64,000 nucleotides of DNA from Candidatus Heimdallarchaeota archaeon (GCA_030668825.1 DAOVET010000004.1:296-64295); one strand, 5' to 3'. Counted from the stretch's first letter, positions 46,147-56,877 are shown. A program made the numbers and translations. The notes: generated from the letters alone by a model not told the origin.

Positions 46147-46293
46147 AAGAAAAAGGAGTTAGAGAGTTAGACCTATTCCTCCTACAGTAATAAATGAGAA
46201 AGTAATGATAACCCTAGAGAAATTACCATTCCTAACAGCTAAATTGTTAGAAAAAATTATAATCTCTTTATTTATTCATAGTTTGAGTCAGAT

Positions 46294-47706
46294 ATGAATG
46301 CCCTAAATGAAGAGAAACTGATTCAGAAGCAGATTCTCAAAGAACCCCTTATGTGGAAGTTCAAATTATACGGTTTCTTCAAGAATTTACGATTTTTTGA
46401 GCCATATCTGATTATAATGCTCTATGAATATCTTTCCAATTCATACCAAGATTCAATTTACTTTCTGACTGGATTTTATCAAATATCACTTAAGACTTCC
46501 TTTAGCTCCCCTGAGGGTGTTTCTTTCATTCTTTTTAAGATTGGGTTGATTTTCTTAGTTCAAGAAGTAATTACTTATGTTTTAGAAGTTCCCTCTGGTA
46601 TTCTTGCTGATAAATTTGGAAAAAAGAATGAACTTCTCTTTTGCTTCATCTTCTATATTTTATCTTTTGTGATTTATTTTATAGGTATTAGTCTTCCATT
46701 CAGATTCTTCTTTGTAATTTTCCTTGGAGCAGCAACCTATGGTTTAGGAGAAGCGTTTAGATCTGGAACACACAAAGCTATGATTTTGACGTGGATGGAT
46801 AAGAAAAACTACCAAGATCACAAAGCTTTTGTCTATGGAAGAACAAGATCTTGGTCTTTAATTGGCTCGACTTTGAACGGATTAATATCAATAATTTTTA
46901 TTTTGTTCGTTCCTAATGCACAGTGGGTTTTTCTAATAACAATTATACCCTATATAATAGATTTCTCATTAGTTGCTACTTATCCATCATTTATGAATGA
47001 AAGAGTAACAACGGAAACGAATGTCTTCAAGGAATTTGGAAAAGGCTATAAGGATATATTTGTAGCTATGAAGAGTCGACAGATGAGAAGAGGCATCTTT
47101 TCATCATCGAGTTATGATGCGGTTTACAAAAGCCTGAAAGACTATATTCAACCAATACTAAAAATATACATAGTATTTGTACTTCTCAATGTTGGGCTCA
47201 AAGGAAACCTGAACTTAGCTGAAGGAGATATAATAAAAATAATTCTTGGTGTAATGTACTCAGTTTTCTATCTCCTTTCATCAATTTCATCCCTCAATGC
47301 TTACAGAATAAAGAAATTATTCAAAAAATCGAAAACTGCTATGGATATATTATTCTACATATTTGCAGGAATTCTTCTATTGAATGCCATATTCATACAT
47401 TTTGAATTACCAATTGTGGTTATTTTTCTTTATTTACTTATTTACATTTTAGAAAATATTCGACGACCAATAAGTGTTGATTATTTAGGGGATATTATGA
47501 AAAAAGAGCAAAGAGCTACCATGCTTAGTGTTGAAGCCCAAATCAAATCTATACTAGTTTTTATTTTTGCCCCATTATTCGGTTTAATCGCAGATTTCAA
47601 TATTCCAATCTTGTTCCTTGGGATTGGAATTCTGATGGTAATTGTTAACTTCTTCTTTATAAGTGGAGATGGGAGGAGCAAAACTTCAGATACTGTGAAA
47701 AAATAA
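46294..47706 (+). CDS. MFS-type transporter
   Basis: ~12 TM helices. 'LEVPSGILADKFGKKN' resembles the MFS loop 2-3 motif (G-x-L-a-D-r-x-G-r-r). Confidence 0.65.
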   Translation: MNALNEEKLIQKQILKEPLMWKFKLYGFFKNLRFFEPYLIIMLYEYLSNSYQDSIYFLTGFYQISLKTSFSSPEGVSFILFKIGLIFLVQEVITYVLEVPSGILADKFGKKNELLFCFIFYILSFVIYFIGISLPFRFFFVIFLGAATYGLGEAFRSGTHKAMILTWMDKKNYQDHKAFVYGRTRSWSLIGSTLNGLISIIFILFVPNAQWVFLITIIPYIIDFSLVATYPSFMNERVTTETNVFKEFGKGYKDIFVAMKSRQMRRGIFSSSSYDAVYKSLKDYIQPILKIYIVFVLLNVGLKGNLNLAEGDIIKIILGVMYSVFYLLSSISSLNAYRIKKLFKKSKTAMDILFYIFAGILLLNAIFIHFELPIVVIFLYLLIYILENIRRPISVDYLGDIMKKEQRATMLSVEAQIKSILVFIFAPLFGLIADFNIPILFLGIGILMVIVNFFFISGDGRSKTSDTVKK

Positions 47707-47810
47707 TTCTGTAGACACTTAAACGACGAAATTTAGGATGTTAAAGTTGTCTTTTGCTATATTTTTTATATGGCTTTCATTTACTTAGTCAAAAATGACA
47801 CTGTCACAAG

Positions 47811-48365
47811 GTGAATCTTATGAGTGAAACATTAATCGTCTATGGCACTAGATATAGTGCAACAATAGAAGCATGTGCTGAAATTCAAAAAATTCTTGAA
47901 AAAGAATATAATCAACATGTCGAAATTTGGGATTTAGAAAATTATAGAGCTTGCCCAGATCTCAGTGACTATGATAACATTATTATCGCTAGCGGAATCA
48001 AATATGGAAAATGGACTAAGAATGCACAGAAGTACTTGAGTAATAATTTTGAAGGTAAAAAGGTTGCAGTTTTCATCTCTTCAGCTTTTGCTGGTGATGA
48101 TGATCACTATGAGTATGCTTATGAAAATTTCCTAATCAAAGTTCTAGAAGAGTACCCTAATCTGGAACCTGTCGCTAAAGCAGCTTTTGGCGGAAGAATT
48201 CCAAAGAAAGAGTTACCTGAATTTGCTAAAGGACCTAAGAACTTGATACCAAAAATAGCCAGTAGTCAAATTCTTACAAGATTACATGAGAATCAGTATG
48301 ATAACAGAGACTGGAACAAAATTGAAAAATGGGCTCATGAAGTAGGAAAGCTATTCAACAGTTAA
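47811..48365 (+). CDS. Flavodoxin-like fold protein
   Basis: 'TLIVYGTRYSATIEACAEI' is an N-terminal flavodoxin-type phosphate-binding loop. 'IIIASGIKYGKW' and 'KKVAVFISSA' are strand-loop elements of the fold. Confidence 0.6.
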   Translation: MNLMSETLIVYGTRYSATIEACAEIQKILEKEYNQHVEIWDLENYRACPDLSDYDNIIIASGIKYGKWTKNAQKYLSNNFEGKKVAVFISSAFAGDDDHYEYAYENFLIKVLEEYPNLEPVAKAAFGGRIPKKELPEFAKGPKNLIPKIASSQILTRLHENQYDNRDWNKIEKWAHEVGKLFNS

Positions 48366-48375
48366 TTTGAATCTA

Positions 48376-48897
48376 TTAGATTCTCAACAATTCTATTTTC
48401 TCAAAATTTCCATCTTTTAAGTACATTCGTACACCTTCGCACGTTCCAAGATATTTTCCCCAAGAACTATAGTCCTCATTAGGGAAACTTCCTATAGCCA
48501 CTAGTTCAATTAACCCTCCATGACTGACAAGTAATGCAGAACCATTATCCGGTAGTTTTTTTGCAAATTCCAGTAGAAAATTAGCCATCTCTTGAACATA
48601 TTTGTATGTTTTACCCTCTTTTCTAATCACATCGGCAAACTCACTAAAATTCATCCCCCAAACAACTTCATCTTCAATATAATCAGGAGTCATGCTTAAT
48701 TCATCACATATCTCATCAACGGCATACCCCATTGCTACAGCAGTTTCTATAGCTCTTGGAGCATAGCTAGAACCTACTAAATCATATTCTCCCAGTTCCT
48801 CCCCTATTTTTCGAGCTTTATCAATCCCTTCTTGATTCAGGTGTGGAGAAGGTTTTGTTCGTTTTGAGTGTCGTCTAAATTCCAGAACTTTCATCAT
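48376..48897 (-). CDS. Histidine phosphatase superfamily (PGAM/SixA-like) protein
   Basis: N-terminal 'LEFRRHSKR' (RHG-type catalytic His context) and C-terminal 'LLVSHGGLIEL' (second His). Confidence 0.6.
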   Translation of the reverse strand: MMKVLEFRRHSKRTKPSPHLNQEGIDKARKIGEELGEYDLVGSSYAPRAIETAVAMGYAVDEICDELSMTPDYIEDEVVWGMNFSEFADVIRKEGKTYKYVQEMANFLLEFAKKLPDNGSALLVSHGGLIELVAIGSFPNEDYSSWGKYLGTCEGVRMYLKDGNFEKIELLRI

Positions 48898-49000
48898 CTC
48901 TAGTTTAGCTTTGAGTCTAATATGTTTTGTGACAAATCTAAGATGGTTTCATTCTTCTGAATAAAACAAAATTGTTATTAGTATAAAGTAAAAGACATTA

Positions 49001-50365
49001 TTGAAATCTATGAGCTTACTGAAATCAAAAACATTCATTATTAGTATGGCTGTTTTAATAGCAATCGCTATCATTACTCCTACTACAATTGTTCTTTTAA
49101 AAGATGAAACTCCACCCACTATTCAAATACTCAATCCCAAAAACGGATATGGTTATTCTGGAACTGTATTGATTGAAATTATAGCCGAAGATGATTCTAA
49201 AGTGATGAAAATAGAGATTTCTATTGATGATACTCTTCAAAATGAATCGTCAACATTTAACTGGGATACTACAGTGTATTTAGACGGCTTTCATAACATA
49301 ACAGCTATTGCTACAGATAAAGCAGGAAACACTGCAACAGCTTCAATAATATGCACTGTAGACAATTTCATCAACCCCCCACCAACTGATGAATTTAAAA
49401 TTCTTAATTACAATGTCAAAGAATCTGGTATAGGAGATGAATGGATGGAGGTTGTTAAGGTAGAAAATCCAGACATAGCCATTTTTGTAGAAACAGGTAC
49501 ATGGGATAATAGTGGAAATAGGAAATTAAACGATATAATCAATCAGTTCAACGGTTATTTCTATGAAGAAGCACCCTATATTGGGTATACAGTACAAGGT
49601 GAACCTTATAGTACATCAGGCGAAGCAATTCTAAGCAGATATCCAATTCTTGAATTTAATCAAATTTTTCCATTAACACTGGATGATGATACAATTCACT
49701 ACCCAGCTCATGATTTTATTCATGCAATAGTGGATATTCAAGGGAAGGATGTACATATCATAGGATATCATCTTAAATGCTGTGAAGGTAAAAATGAAGA
49801 AGAACGTAGAGAAAAGGAACAAGAAGGGATTATCAATTACATGGATGATTTAGGTGATGTCCCATTAATGTATATAGGGGATTTGAATTCTCTTTCACCT
49901 GCAGATATAAACGACACTACAAGAGGTACGCTCACTAATTTTGGGTATGGTCCTGCAACAATGTTACTTAATCCAAGTGATGAAGTATATGGTAATTACT
50001 CTTCGAAAGTTCATAATTTTACAGACGTTTATAGGACGCTTCATCCAAACGATCCAGGTCACACACTAAATATTCTCAACTATGAGTCGCGAATAGATTT
50101 TATCTTCGTAAATCAATATTTCAATAACACTTTGATAAGTTCTAATATTGGAATTGGTACTGAATTAGATGACACAGCATCAGATCATTATACTGTTGAT
50201 GCAGTGATTTCGATCACTAATATTTCTATTCTACCTAAATCGGAAAAAACGAAACAGACTTATCACTCTTCTACTGAAACAACAAGAGTACTTGAAGATT
50301 TAGAAATCAAAAATGTAGAGCTAATCACTCTCGATATTTCTTTCTATTGGACTAAACGAAAATAG
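49001..50365 (+). CDS. Secreted endonuclease/exonuclease/phosphatase (EEP) family protein with N-terminal Ig-like domain
   Basis: N-terminal signal/TM 'FIISMAVLIAIAIITP'. A Big/Ig-like segment ('TAIATDKAGNTATASIICTV'). EEP motifs 'DIAIFVETG', 'RIDFIFVN', 'SDHYTVDAVI'. Confidence 0.72.
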   Translation: MKSMSLLKSKTFIISMAVLIAIAIITPTTIVLLKDETPPTIQILNPKNGYGYSGTVLIEIIAEDDSKVMKIEISIDDTLQNESSTFNWDTTVYLDGFHNITAIATDKAGNTATASIICTVDNFINPPPTDEFKILNYNVKESGIGDEWMEVVKVENPDIAIFVETGTWDNSGNRKLNDIINQFNGYFYEEAPYIGYTVQGEPYSTSGEAILSRYPILEFNQIFPLTLDDDTIHYPAHDFIHAIVDIQGKDVHIIGYHLKCCEGKNEEERREKEQEGIINYMDDLGDVPLMYIGDLNSLSPADINDTTRGTLTNFGYGPATMLLNPSDEVYGNYSSKVHNFTDVYRTLHPNDPGHTLNILNYESRIDFIFVNQYFNNTLISSNIGIGTELDDTASDHYTVDAVISITNISILPKSEKTKQTYHSSTETTRVLEDLEIKNVELITLDISFYWTKRK

Positions 50366-50422
50366 GTCTATGATGTTTCTAAGTCGCTTTTTCTTCTTTT
50401 TACATAATCTCTTTATACTTGA

Positions 50423-51106
50423 ATGCTAGTCTTACTATTTGGTAGTTCATTTATGTCGGGTGAAAAAAGAACTCAGAAAGAAGTTGTTGACACAATTCTT
50501 CATTGTTCTGTTTTGGTAAGTGACACATTAATTCGAATGGCAGATCTTGTTACGCTAACACTTCTTTATCATCCGGGTATTGAGGAAAGAGCAGATAAAA
50601 TGGAACAGCTTTACCAGAATGTTCTCAATTTCATCGATGATATAACTACTACCATTTATCATCCCCTAGATAAAGAAAGTATGTCAATTAATCAATATGA
50701 CCCAATATTCACTAATCTAAAAAATGCAGCTAAATTAATGGCAGATTTAATATCCTTATTATCTCAAGAACACATCAACATGCACTTACAAACAATGGAA
50801 TATTTCTATAACTTGAATAAATCTATACTTGAATGCATTAATGTCTTTAATCACTTGGTACATGCAAGTTCTTCAGATATACTGAATTTTGATAAATCGA
50901 GAATAACAGGGTTTGAGATAGTAGCTCACCATTTTTATAGGTCATTATTAAAGGAATTGTCAGCAGAAAATAGTGAATGGCAACAGACTTTTATTCTCTA
51001 TTTAATTGGAGAAAAAATGAGTTCTATAGTTTTTCATTGTTGTGAGGCATGTAAGAAGATGTATGCTGCTAGATTAGTTATAATTGGTTCAAAAAGAGAG
51101 AATTAA
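50423..51106 (+). CDS. hypothetical helical protein
   Basis: 227 aa, predicted all-alpha. No motif; possibly PhoU/DUF47-like, but this is not supported by a clear signature. Confidence 0.4.
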   Translation: MLVLLFGSSFMSGEKRTQKEVVDTILHCSVLVSDTLIRMADLVTLTLLYHPGIEERADKMEQLYQNVLNFIDDITTTIYHPLDKESMSINQYDPIFTNLKNAAKLMADLISLLSQEHINMHLQTMEYFYNLNKSILECINVFNHLVHASSSDILNFDKSRITGFEIVAHHFYRSLLKELSAENSEWQQTFILYLIGEKMSSIVFHCCEACKKMYAARLVIIGSKREN

Positions 51107-51182
51107 TGAGCAAACTTAGAAAAAACTTCCCAAAATATCTCATTTTATTTGTTAAAAATAGACAAAGAGGCAAGTCTATATA

Positions 51183-51980
51183 TTGATTCAACCGATTTCT
51201 AACAAAGGGGAGTTAATGTCCATACAATTATTTAATATTAATGATAAAATGAAGATTGTTAATGGATTACCCTTACTGTTCTTAGAGGACATTAGTGCTC
51301 TAGTTGCAGCTGATCTTCATCTGGGTATTGAATCTATTATGAGAGAGGAAGGAACATCTGCTCCCCATAATCAAACCGATAAACAGATTGAAATTTTTAT
51401 TACTTATCTTGCCAAACTTAAACCAAAATATCTCATCCTCAATGGAGATGTTAAACATAGTTTTAGCGAACCTTCAAAAATTGAGAACAGAGATGTAAAA
51501 AAATTCATTAGAAAAGTTTCCTCCAAAGTATCTCAGGTCCACATCATTAAGGGGAATCATGATGTCTTTCTGTCATGGGCTTTGCAAGATTTTGATAATG
51601 TTACGCTTCATGATGAGTTCTTTCATTTGGAAGAATACTTCTTCATTCATGGTGATCAACAACTTCCTGAAACCATTCCAGAAGAAGCTCAGTATATAAT
51701 AATCGGTCATGAGCATCCTGTTTTACAAGCTCGAATTAGAAGTTTACAGAAGATTAGAGCTCAAGCTTTTATGTTAGGTCCTCTCAACAATATGACAAAG
51801 AAAATTTTAGTTCTTCCAGCTTTTACTGACTATTCAATTGGAACACCTATCAATCCAAAGAATAAGTCTAGTCTATTATCTCCTATTCTACGTGAGAAAG
51901 TTGACTTAGAAAAAGTTGAAATGTTTGTTTTGAGTGATAACGAAGTTTTTCATTTCCCTGAGTTCAGATTGTGGTTTTAA
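51183..51980 (+). CDS. Calcineurin-like metallophosphoesterase
   Basis: 'LVAADLHLG' (D-x-H), 'LILNGDVKH' (GD-x-x-H), 'IKGNHD' (GNHD/E), 'IIGHEHP' (GH-x-H) in canonical order. Confidence 0.75.
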   Translation: MIQPISNKGELMSIQLFNINDKMKIVNGLPLLFLEDISALVAADLHLGIESIMREEGTSAPHNQTDKQIEIFITYLAKLKPKYLILNGDVKHSFSEPSKIENRDVKKFIRKVSSKVSQVHIIKGNHDVFLSWALQDFDNVTLHDEFFHLEEYFFIHGDQQLPETIPEEAQYIIIGHEHPVLQARIRSLQKIRAQAFMLGPLNNMTKKILVLPAFTDYSIGTPINPKNKSSLLSPILREKVDLEKVEMFVLSDNEVFHFPEFRLWF

Positions 51981-52047
51981 ACCAAGGAATCCCTAAAGTT
52001 AATAAACTAATAATCAATAATAATTATGCAATTATTGATGAGCTCCG

Positions 52048-52347
52048 TTGATAAGTATGTCTCCGAAAGAAAGTTTTCGCCCTACAATTTGTATATTCCC
52101 TTGTCCGGTTTGTGCCATAGACTCTGATTTGGAAATCTTTGAAGAAGCAACTCGTTCTACCCTCTATTGTCGAACTTGTGGAAGGGTATACATATGCAAT
52201 TTACCATTAGGAATCATTAATGTGGGAGAGGAAAAAAGATATATTTGTCCAATTGACCATTCTGAATTAGAAGAATCTCCTTTTAGAGCAAGAGAAATTG
52301 AATTACTTATCGAAAAGGCTAAAGAAGGTAATGAGTCAAAACATTAG
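52048..52347 (+). CDS. Zinc-ribbon hypothetical protein
   Basis: 'CIFPCPVCAID' ... 'CRTCGRVYIC' Cys pairs. 99 aa. Immediately upstream of and nearly abutting dys. Confidence 0.45.
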   Translation: MISMSPKESFRPTICIFPCPVCAIDSDLEIFEEATRSTLYCRTCGRVYICNLPLGIINVGEEKRYICPIDHSELEESPFRAREIELLIEKAKEGNESKH

Positions 52348-52353
52348 AGACTA

Positions 52354-53322
52354 ATGAATCACAAAGACAAATATCCCAGAGTCAGCCCAATCAATTTGGA
52401 TGAAGATGCTACAATTAATGAAATAGCGAATGAGTTCAAGAATTCAGGTGTTTTTGGAGCTGGAAGAATCGCAAAGGCAATTGATATTTATTCAGAAATG
52501 CTGGAAAAGAAAGCAACTGTTTTTCTTGGAATAGCGGGTGCTCTTGTTCCTGGAGGGATGAAAAAAATCATTACTGATATGATAAGAAACGATATGGTAC
52601 ATGTTATAGTAACGACAGGTGCCAACGTAACACATGATATCATTGAAGCTTTTGGTGGAGAGCACCTCCGTCATGTACCTTATACCTCAGATTCAGAATT
52701 AAGAGAAAAATCAATTGACAGAATATATGATGCATTCGTTGCTGATGAATCGTTTATGAAACTCGAGGACAACATTCAACCAATCTTTAAGGAAATTTAC
52801 GAGAAGAATAAAGATTCAAATAACATTTTAGCGATATCTACAAGACAATTAATGTCTTTAATAGGAGAAAAATTAGATGATCCTGATTCATTTGTTAGAG
52901 CTGCTTACGAGAAAAATGTGCCAATTTATGTCCCAGCATTCGGAGATAGCATACTAGGTCTTCAGCTTTGGTTATTTTCTCAAATGAAAAAAATCTATAT
53001 TGATGATATGGGGGATTTAGGTGAAATTCAGAGATCTGCTTGGGATTCAGATTTAGCAGGAGCTTTCTTCCTTGGAGGAGGAGTTCCCAAAAACTATATC
53101 TTCCAGTCAAGGCTTATGTCTCCCAAGACATTTGATTATGCTATTCAAATTACTATGGATAGAGTTGAAACAGGGGGACTCTCTGGTGCTTCCTTAGAAG
53201 AAGCTATTTCTTGGGGAAAAGTAGATCAGGAAAGTCGCATGACCACTGTTGTTTCTGATGTTACTATTGCTTTACCACTTATTTATTCTGCTACTTTATC
53301 TCGAATAAGAAAATCTGACTAG
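52354..53322 (+). CDS. dys: Deoxyhypusine synthase
   Basis: 'FLGIAGALVPGGMKKIITDMIRNDMVHVIVTTGANVTHDIIEAFGG' is a near-canonical DHS NAD/spermidine-binding core. 322 aa. Confidence 0.88.
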   Translation: MNHKDKYPRVSPINLDEDATINEIANEFKNSGVFGAGRIAKAIDIYSEMLEKKATVFLGIAGALVPGGMKKIITDMIRNDMVHVIVTTGANVTHDIIEAFGGEHLRHVPYTSDSELREKSIDRIYDAFVADESFMKLEDNIQPIFKEIYEKNKDSNNILAISTRQLMSLIGEKLDDPDSFVRAAYEKNVPIYVPAFGDSILGLQLWLFSQMKKIYIDDMGDLGEIQRSAWDSDLAGAFFLGGGVPKNYIFQSRLMSPKTFDYAIQITMDRVETGGLSGASLEEAISWGKVDQESRMTTVVSDVTIALPLIYSATLSRIRKSD

Positions 53323-53367
53323 TACTAGGACAAAATTATTATTTGAACGATATTTCTTTATTAATAG

Positions 53368-54171
53368 ATGTGTGGGAATAATGTTCATACCTTCGTCTCT
53401 ACAGAGGAATTACTTAGTCTTATGACTAACTCTAATTACAAAATATTAGATTTGCGTGATTACTCTAGATTTCAGAAGGGTCATATTACTGGATCGATAC
53501 ATATTGATGACAGTATTTTTGTTGAACAAGATGAAGACGGGTTCAATGTTATTCCTGAACGTAAAAAAATTGCAAACTATCTTAACCAAAAGGGGATTAA
53601 AAATGAAGACATACTTGTTCTAGTTGATGATGTTTTTAATCTTAATTGTTCTATAGCTGCTTGGACTCTTCACTATTTTTGTTTCAAAAATGTTATTCTC
53701 TTGGATGGTGCCTTTTCTAAATGGGAAAAGGAAAATAATGAATTATCTATAGAAGAGATACAATTAGAGCGAGGAGACCTCACACTTAACCAACAAGATG
53801 ACTCTATATTGATTTCGAAAGATGAGATAATATTAAACATCAATTCTGAGGATTTCATATTTGTAGATAATCGTTCTGAATATGCTATCCTTTTAGATCA
53901 ACAAGGTGGGAATATTCCTGGAGCTGTTCATTTCTGGTATCTAGATCTTTTCGAAGAATATCTTGATTATTTCATTATTAAGAAAAAAGAAGATTTAATT
54001 GAAGAAATGAAAGTAAGGGGAATAAAGAAGGATAAAACAATAATTGTATATTGTGGGTCAGCTCCCCAGTCAGCTCTAGTCTATCTGGTTCTAAAAGAAA
54101 TGGGTTATCCTGATGTCAGGTTGTATTTAGCAGGATATGATGAGTGGAGATTAAAGTGCGGTTATGTGTGA
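53368..54171 (+). CDS. Tandem rhodanese-domain sulfurtransferase
   Basis: First domain 'YKILDLRDYSRFQKGHITGSIHID'. The second domain carries the active-site loop 'IVYCGSAPQSA' and 'YLAGYDEW'. Confidence 0.78.
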   Translation: MCGNNVHTFVSTEELLSLMTNSNYKILDLRDYSRFQKGHITGSIHIDDSIFVEQDEDGFNVIPERKKIANYLNQKGIKNEDILVLVDDVFNLNCSIAAWTLHYFCFKNVILLDGAFSKWEKENNELSIEEIQLERGDLTLNQQDDSILISKDEIILNINSEDFIFVDNRSEYAILLDQQGGNIPGAVHFWYLDLFEEYLDYFIIKKKEDLIEEMKVRGIKKDKTIIVYCGSAPQSALVYLVLKEMGYPDVRLYLAGYDEWRLKCGYV

Positions 54172-54189
54172 AAAATATCCTTAATAACT

Positions 54190-56004
54190 CTATTTAAGAC
54201 CTAATTTTCTAAAATCAAAATCATACATTTTAGATACTTCTAAGTTTAGTTTGTCTTCAATAGCTTTCACTTCGTCTTCTTCACCATCATCAGATTTCTT
54301 GACTATCTTTAATAATTCCTTAACTAAGGGAGTTATCTCATTTCTTATTTCAAACCTAGGAATGGGAATTTTCTTCAAAGGATAGGAAAAAAATTCCAGC
54401 ATTCTACCTTTCCTTTTACCTGCTAAAGAATACCAGAAGTGAATGAAATCACTGTTTAGAATTCCTAGAATCGAATATATATCTGTACTTTCAACTGGAA
54501 GAATTGCATAAATATCTGTAGCAGCAAATGACCCATTTTCATCAAGAGCAAATTTTGTTGTTAGACTTCTATAAGGACAAAGAATTCTCTTTTCCTTCGA
54601 CAGAAACAAGTCTAAATTCCTATATACGCTATAATCAAACCACCTAATTTTTCCTGATTTCATTAATTTCTGCCTATCTGGTCCAGATTTTAATCTCTCT
54701 TTATTAATCAACAGATATTTGTTTGTATTTGGATAGTTATCTAGTGAATCAATCTTTGATGGTAAAATAGCTTGTTTTTCTACTTTCTCTGTAATAAACC
54801 ACTTTTGTACATCACTGTTTGTTACAAAGGGAACAAGTACATCTGGTTCAATTGAATATTGTGTAACTTTGGATTTTGGAATTACAAATATATCTTTTAC
54901 ACCTGGAGATAAACCTTGAAAAACTATTGAGATGTCGCTTAATTTTTCCATTGAAGTGTTATTTTCTAAACTACGTAAATACTCATTATAAGGCGATATT
55001 ATCCATTTCTCTTTCCCTAAATAGGATTGTTTAATTGGAAAGAATTGCTCATTGAATAGCTGATTAATTTTTTCTTTTTGAATGATTGACTCAATGAAGA
55101 AATTTTTTGCTGCTGAAAAAGTTTGAGAAGGATGGCTTTCTTCTAAGGTTAAGATACAAGTGGAAATGTTTAACCATTTTCCCTCATCTTTGAAAATCTT
55201 ATTGCCTTCCAAATCTATAATTTCTAAGATATTCCTTTTCAGGAGATCTTCTCTAAGTTTGTCTGCGTATTTGTTTTCAATCCAGTAATTAGGAATGATG
55301 AATGAAAAAATGCCTCCCACATTCAACATATCAATAGATTGTTTCACAAAATAATAATAAATATCAGAAGAGGAACGAAAGAAATTCTTCCACAAATGCG
55401 AAGATTTCAAATAATCATACAAAATCTGAGCATCTTCATCAATCAAGACCATTTTTTTTAGATTGAAATAAGGAGGATTTCCAATTATAACATCAAATTT
55501 ATTGTTTTCACCGAAATTATCTTTCCAAGAAAAGGGATTGAGTTTCTCTGCTTTTTTTATGCCCAGAATATCAAGAGCATCTAAACTCACTATACTATTT
55601 CCACATTTTAGATTTGGTAAATCACTGTTCTTTAGTAAAGGATACTGCTCTTTCAAGATATTTTTACAGGTATCTAAACTTCCTTTATCCAGTTCTATTC
55701 CATAAATATTTGAAGATGCAAAATGATGAAAAAACTCATTTTTCTTTTCATTTTCTACTGAATCGAATCCTATGAGTATAGAGTTTAATTTTTTAAGTAG
55801 TCCAACAATGAAATTTCCAGAACCAATTGCAGGATCACAAAATCTAAGTTTGAGAATTGAGTTTTGAAAATCTATGAAAGAATCAAGAACAAGCTTATTA
55901 TTCTCTTGAAGATGATAAAAGACCCTCTCTACCATGAAATCAACAATAAAACTAGGAGTGTAGAAAGCTCCTGTTTGTTTCTTTACTCGATTAAGTCCCA
56001 TCAT
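54190..56004 (-). CDS. Gamma-class N6-adenine DNA methyltransferase (Eco57I/TaqI-like), apparently orphan
   Basis: Motif X 'GAFYTPSFIVDFMV', motif I 'FCDPAIGSGNF', motif IV 'DVIIGNPPY', then a ~350-aa target-recognition region. No endonuclease motifs, and none in the neighbours. Confidence 0.8.
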   Translation of the reverse strand: MMGLNRVKKQTGAFYTPSFIVDFMVERVFYHLQENNKLVLDSFIDFQNSILKLRFCDPAIGSGNFIVGLLKKLNSILIGFDSVENEKKNEFFHHFASSNIYGIELDKGSLDTCKNILKEQYPLLKNSDLPNLKCGNSIVSLDALDILGIKKAEKLNPFSWKDNFGENNKFDVIIGNPPYFNLKKMVLIDEDAQILYDYLKSSHLWKNFFRSSSDIYYYFVKQSIDMLNVGGIFSFIIPNYWIENKYADKLREDLLKRNILEIIDLEGNKIFKDEGKWLNISTCILTLEESHPSQTFSAAKNFFIESIIQKEKINQLFNEQFFPIKQSYLGKEKWIISPYNEYLRSLENNTSMEKLSDISIVFQGLSPGVKDIFVIPKSKVTQYSIEPDVLVPFVTNSDVQKWFITEKVEKQAILPSKIDSLDNYPNTNKYLLINKERLKSGPDRQKLMKSGKIRWFDYSVYRNLDLFLSKEKRILCPYRSLTTKFALDENGSFAATDIYAILPVESTDIYSILGILNSDFIHFWYSLAGKRKGRMLEFFSYPLKKIPIPRFEIRNEITPLVKELLKIVKKSDDGEEDEVKAIEDKLNLEVSKMYDFDFRKLGLK

Positions 56005-56091
56005 CTAATATTTTTAATGTCACAGAAGGACAAATATAAAACTATCTACTAAGAAGCTTCTTTCCCCCTCCAGGCAACATGAATGAAAAGC

Positions 56092-56877
56092 TTATTCAAA
56101 CTCAAATTCTGCTACTTCACCACCAACGACATGATAGTGAATATCAATCTTTTGATTTTCAGGTATCTTTTCTTTCTCCATTTCTTCAGCAATTTCCTCT
56201 TTTAATCTTGCAAATTTAGCAGCAATTTCTGTCAAGATACTAAGAATCTGAAAAAGATGTCGAGGTTTAGAAATCTTCATATCCAAAGGAAAATTGGATA
56301 TACTTCCAAGAGGATAATTCTTATTCATCGGCTTAGCTCCCTTTTTGAAAGCTTTTTCAGCTGTTTCCAGATTGTTTAACATCATACTCTCAAGATAGTG
56401 ATTATAAGCAATACTCCTTCTTTCCTTATCTATAATAATACCCAGATCAGGATGTTCAGAAAGTAGTTTCATGTGCATTTGAGTGATTTCTTCATCTGTC
56501 TGTTCTAATATTCTTTTGTACGCTTCTTGCAATTTTGTTTCTAATATCTCAAGAGGTGGTTCCCCAAAATTCCTTTCGGCTACCTTAGAAAGTTCATAAT
56601 AAATTCCTTTATTCTCACGTGTTTTCTTGTTATCAACAACTAGTAATTCAGGTTCTCTGGTTAAATCTTTCAAATGATGATAAATTGTAGCTTCATTTTT
56701 CCCTAAAATTTTAGCTAGTTTCTTAATGTTTGCTGAACCAAAATTGCTGATAGCCATAATAATACCATACCTGGTCTCAACTTTGTAAACTTCATTTACT
56801 CTATCAAGAATCTTTTTCCCTTGTGCCTTTAGTTTCTTGTAGTCAACTTCGATTTTTTCGGATTTGTTCATTTCCAA
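56092..56877 (-). CDS. Winged helix-turn-helix (ArsR-like) domain protein
   Basis: 'YGIIMAISNFGSANIKKLAKILGKNEATIYHHLKDLTREPELLVV' is wHTH-like. The remaining 150 aa are helical with no motif. Confidence 0.5.
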   Translation of the reverse strand: MEMNKSEKIEVDYKKLKAQGKKILDRVNEVYKVETRYGIIMAISNFGSANIKKLAKILGKNEATIYHHLKDLTREPELLVVDNKKTRENKGIYYELSKVAERNFGEPPLEILETKLQEAYKRILEQTDEEITQMHMKLLSEHPDLGIIIDKERRSIAYNHYLESMMLNNLETAEKAFKKGAKPMNKNYPLGSISNFPLDMKISKPRHLFQILSILTEIAAKFARLKEEIAEEMEKEKIPENQKIDIHYHVVGGEVAEFEFE

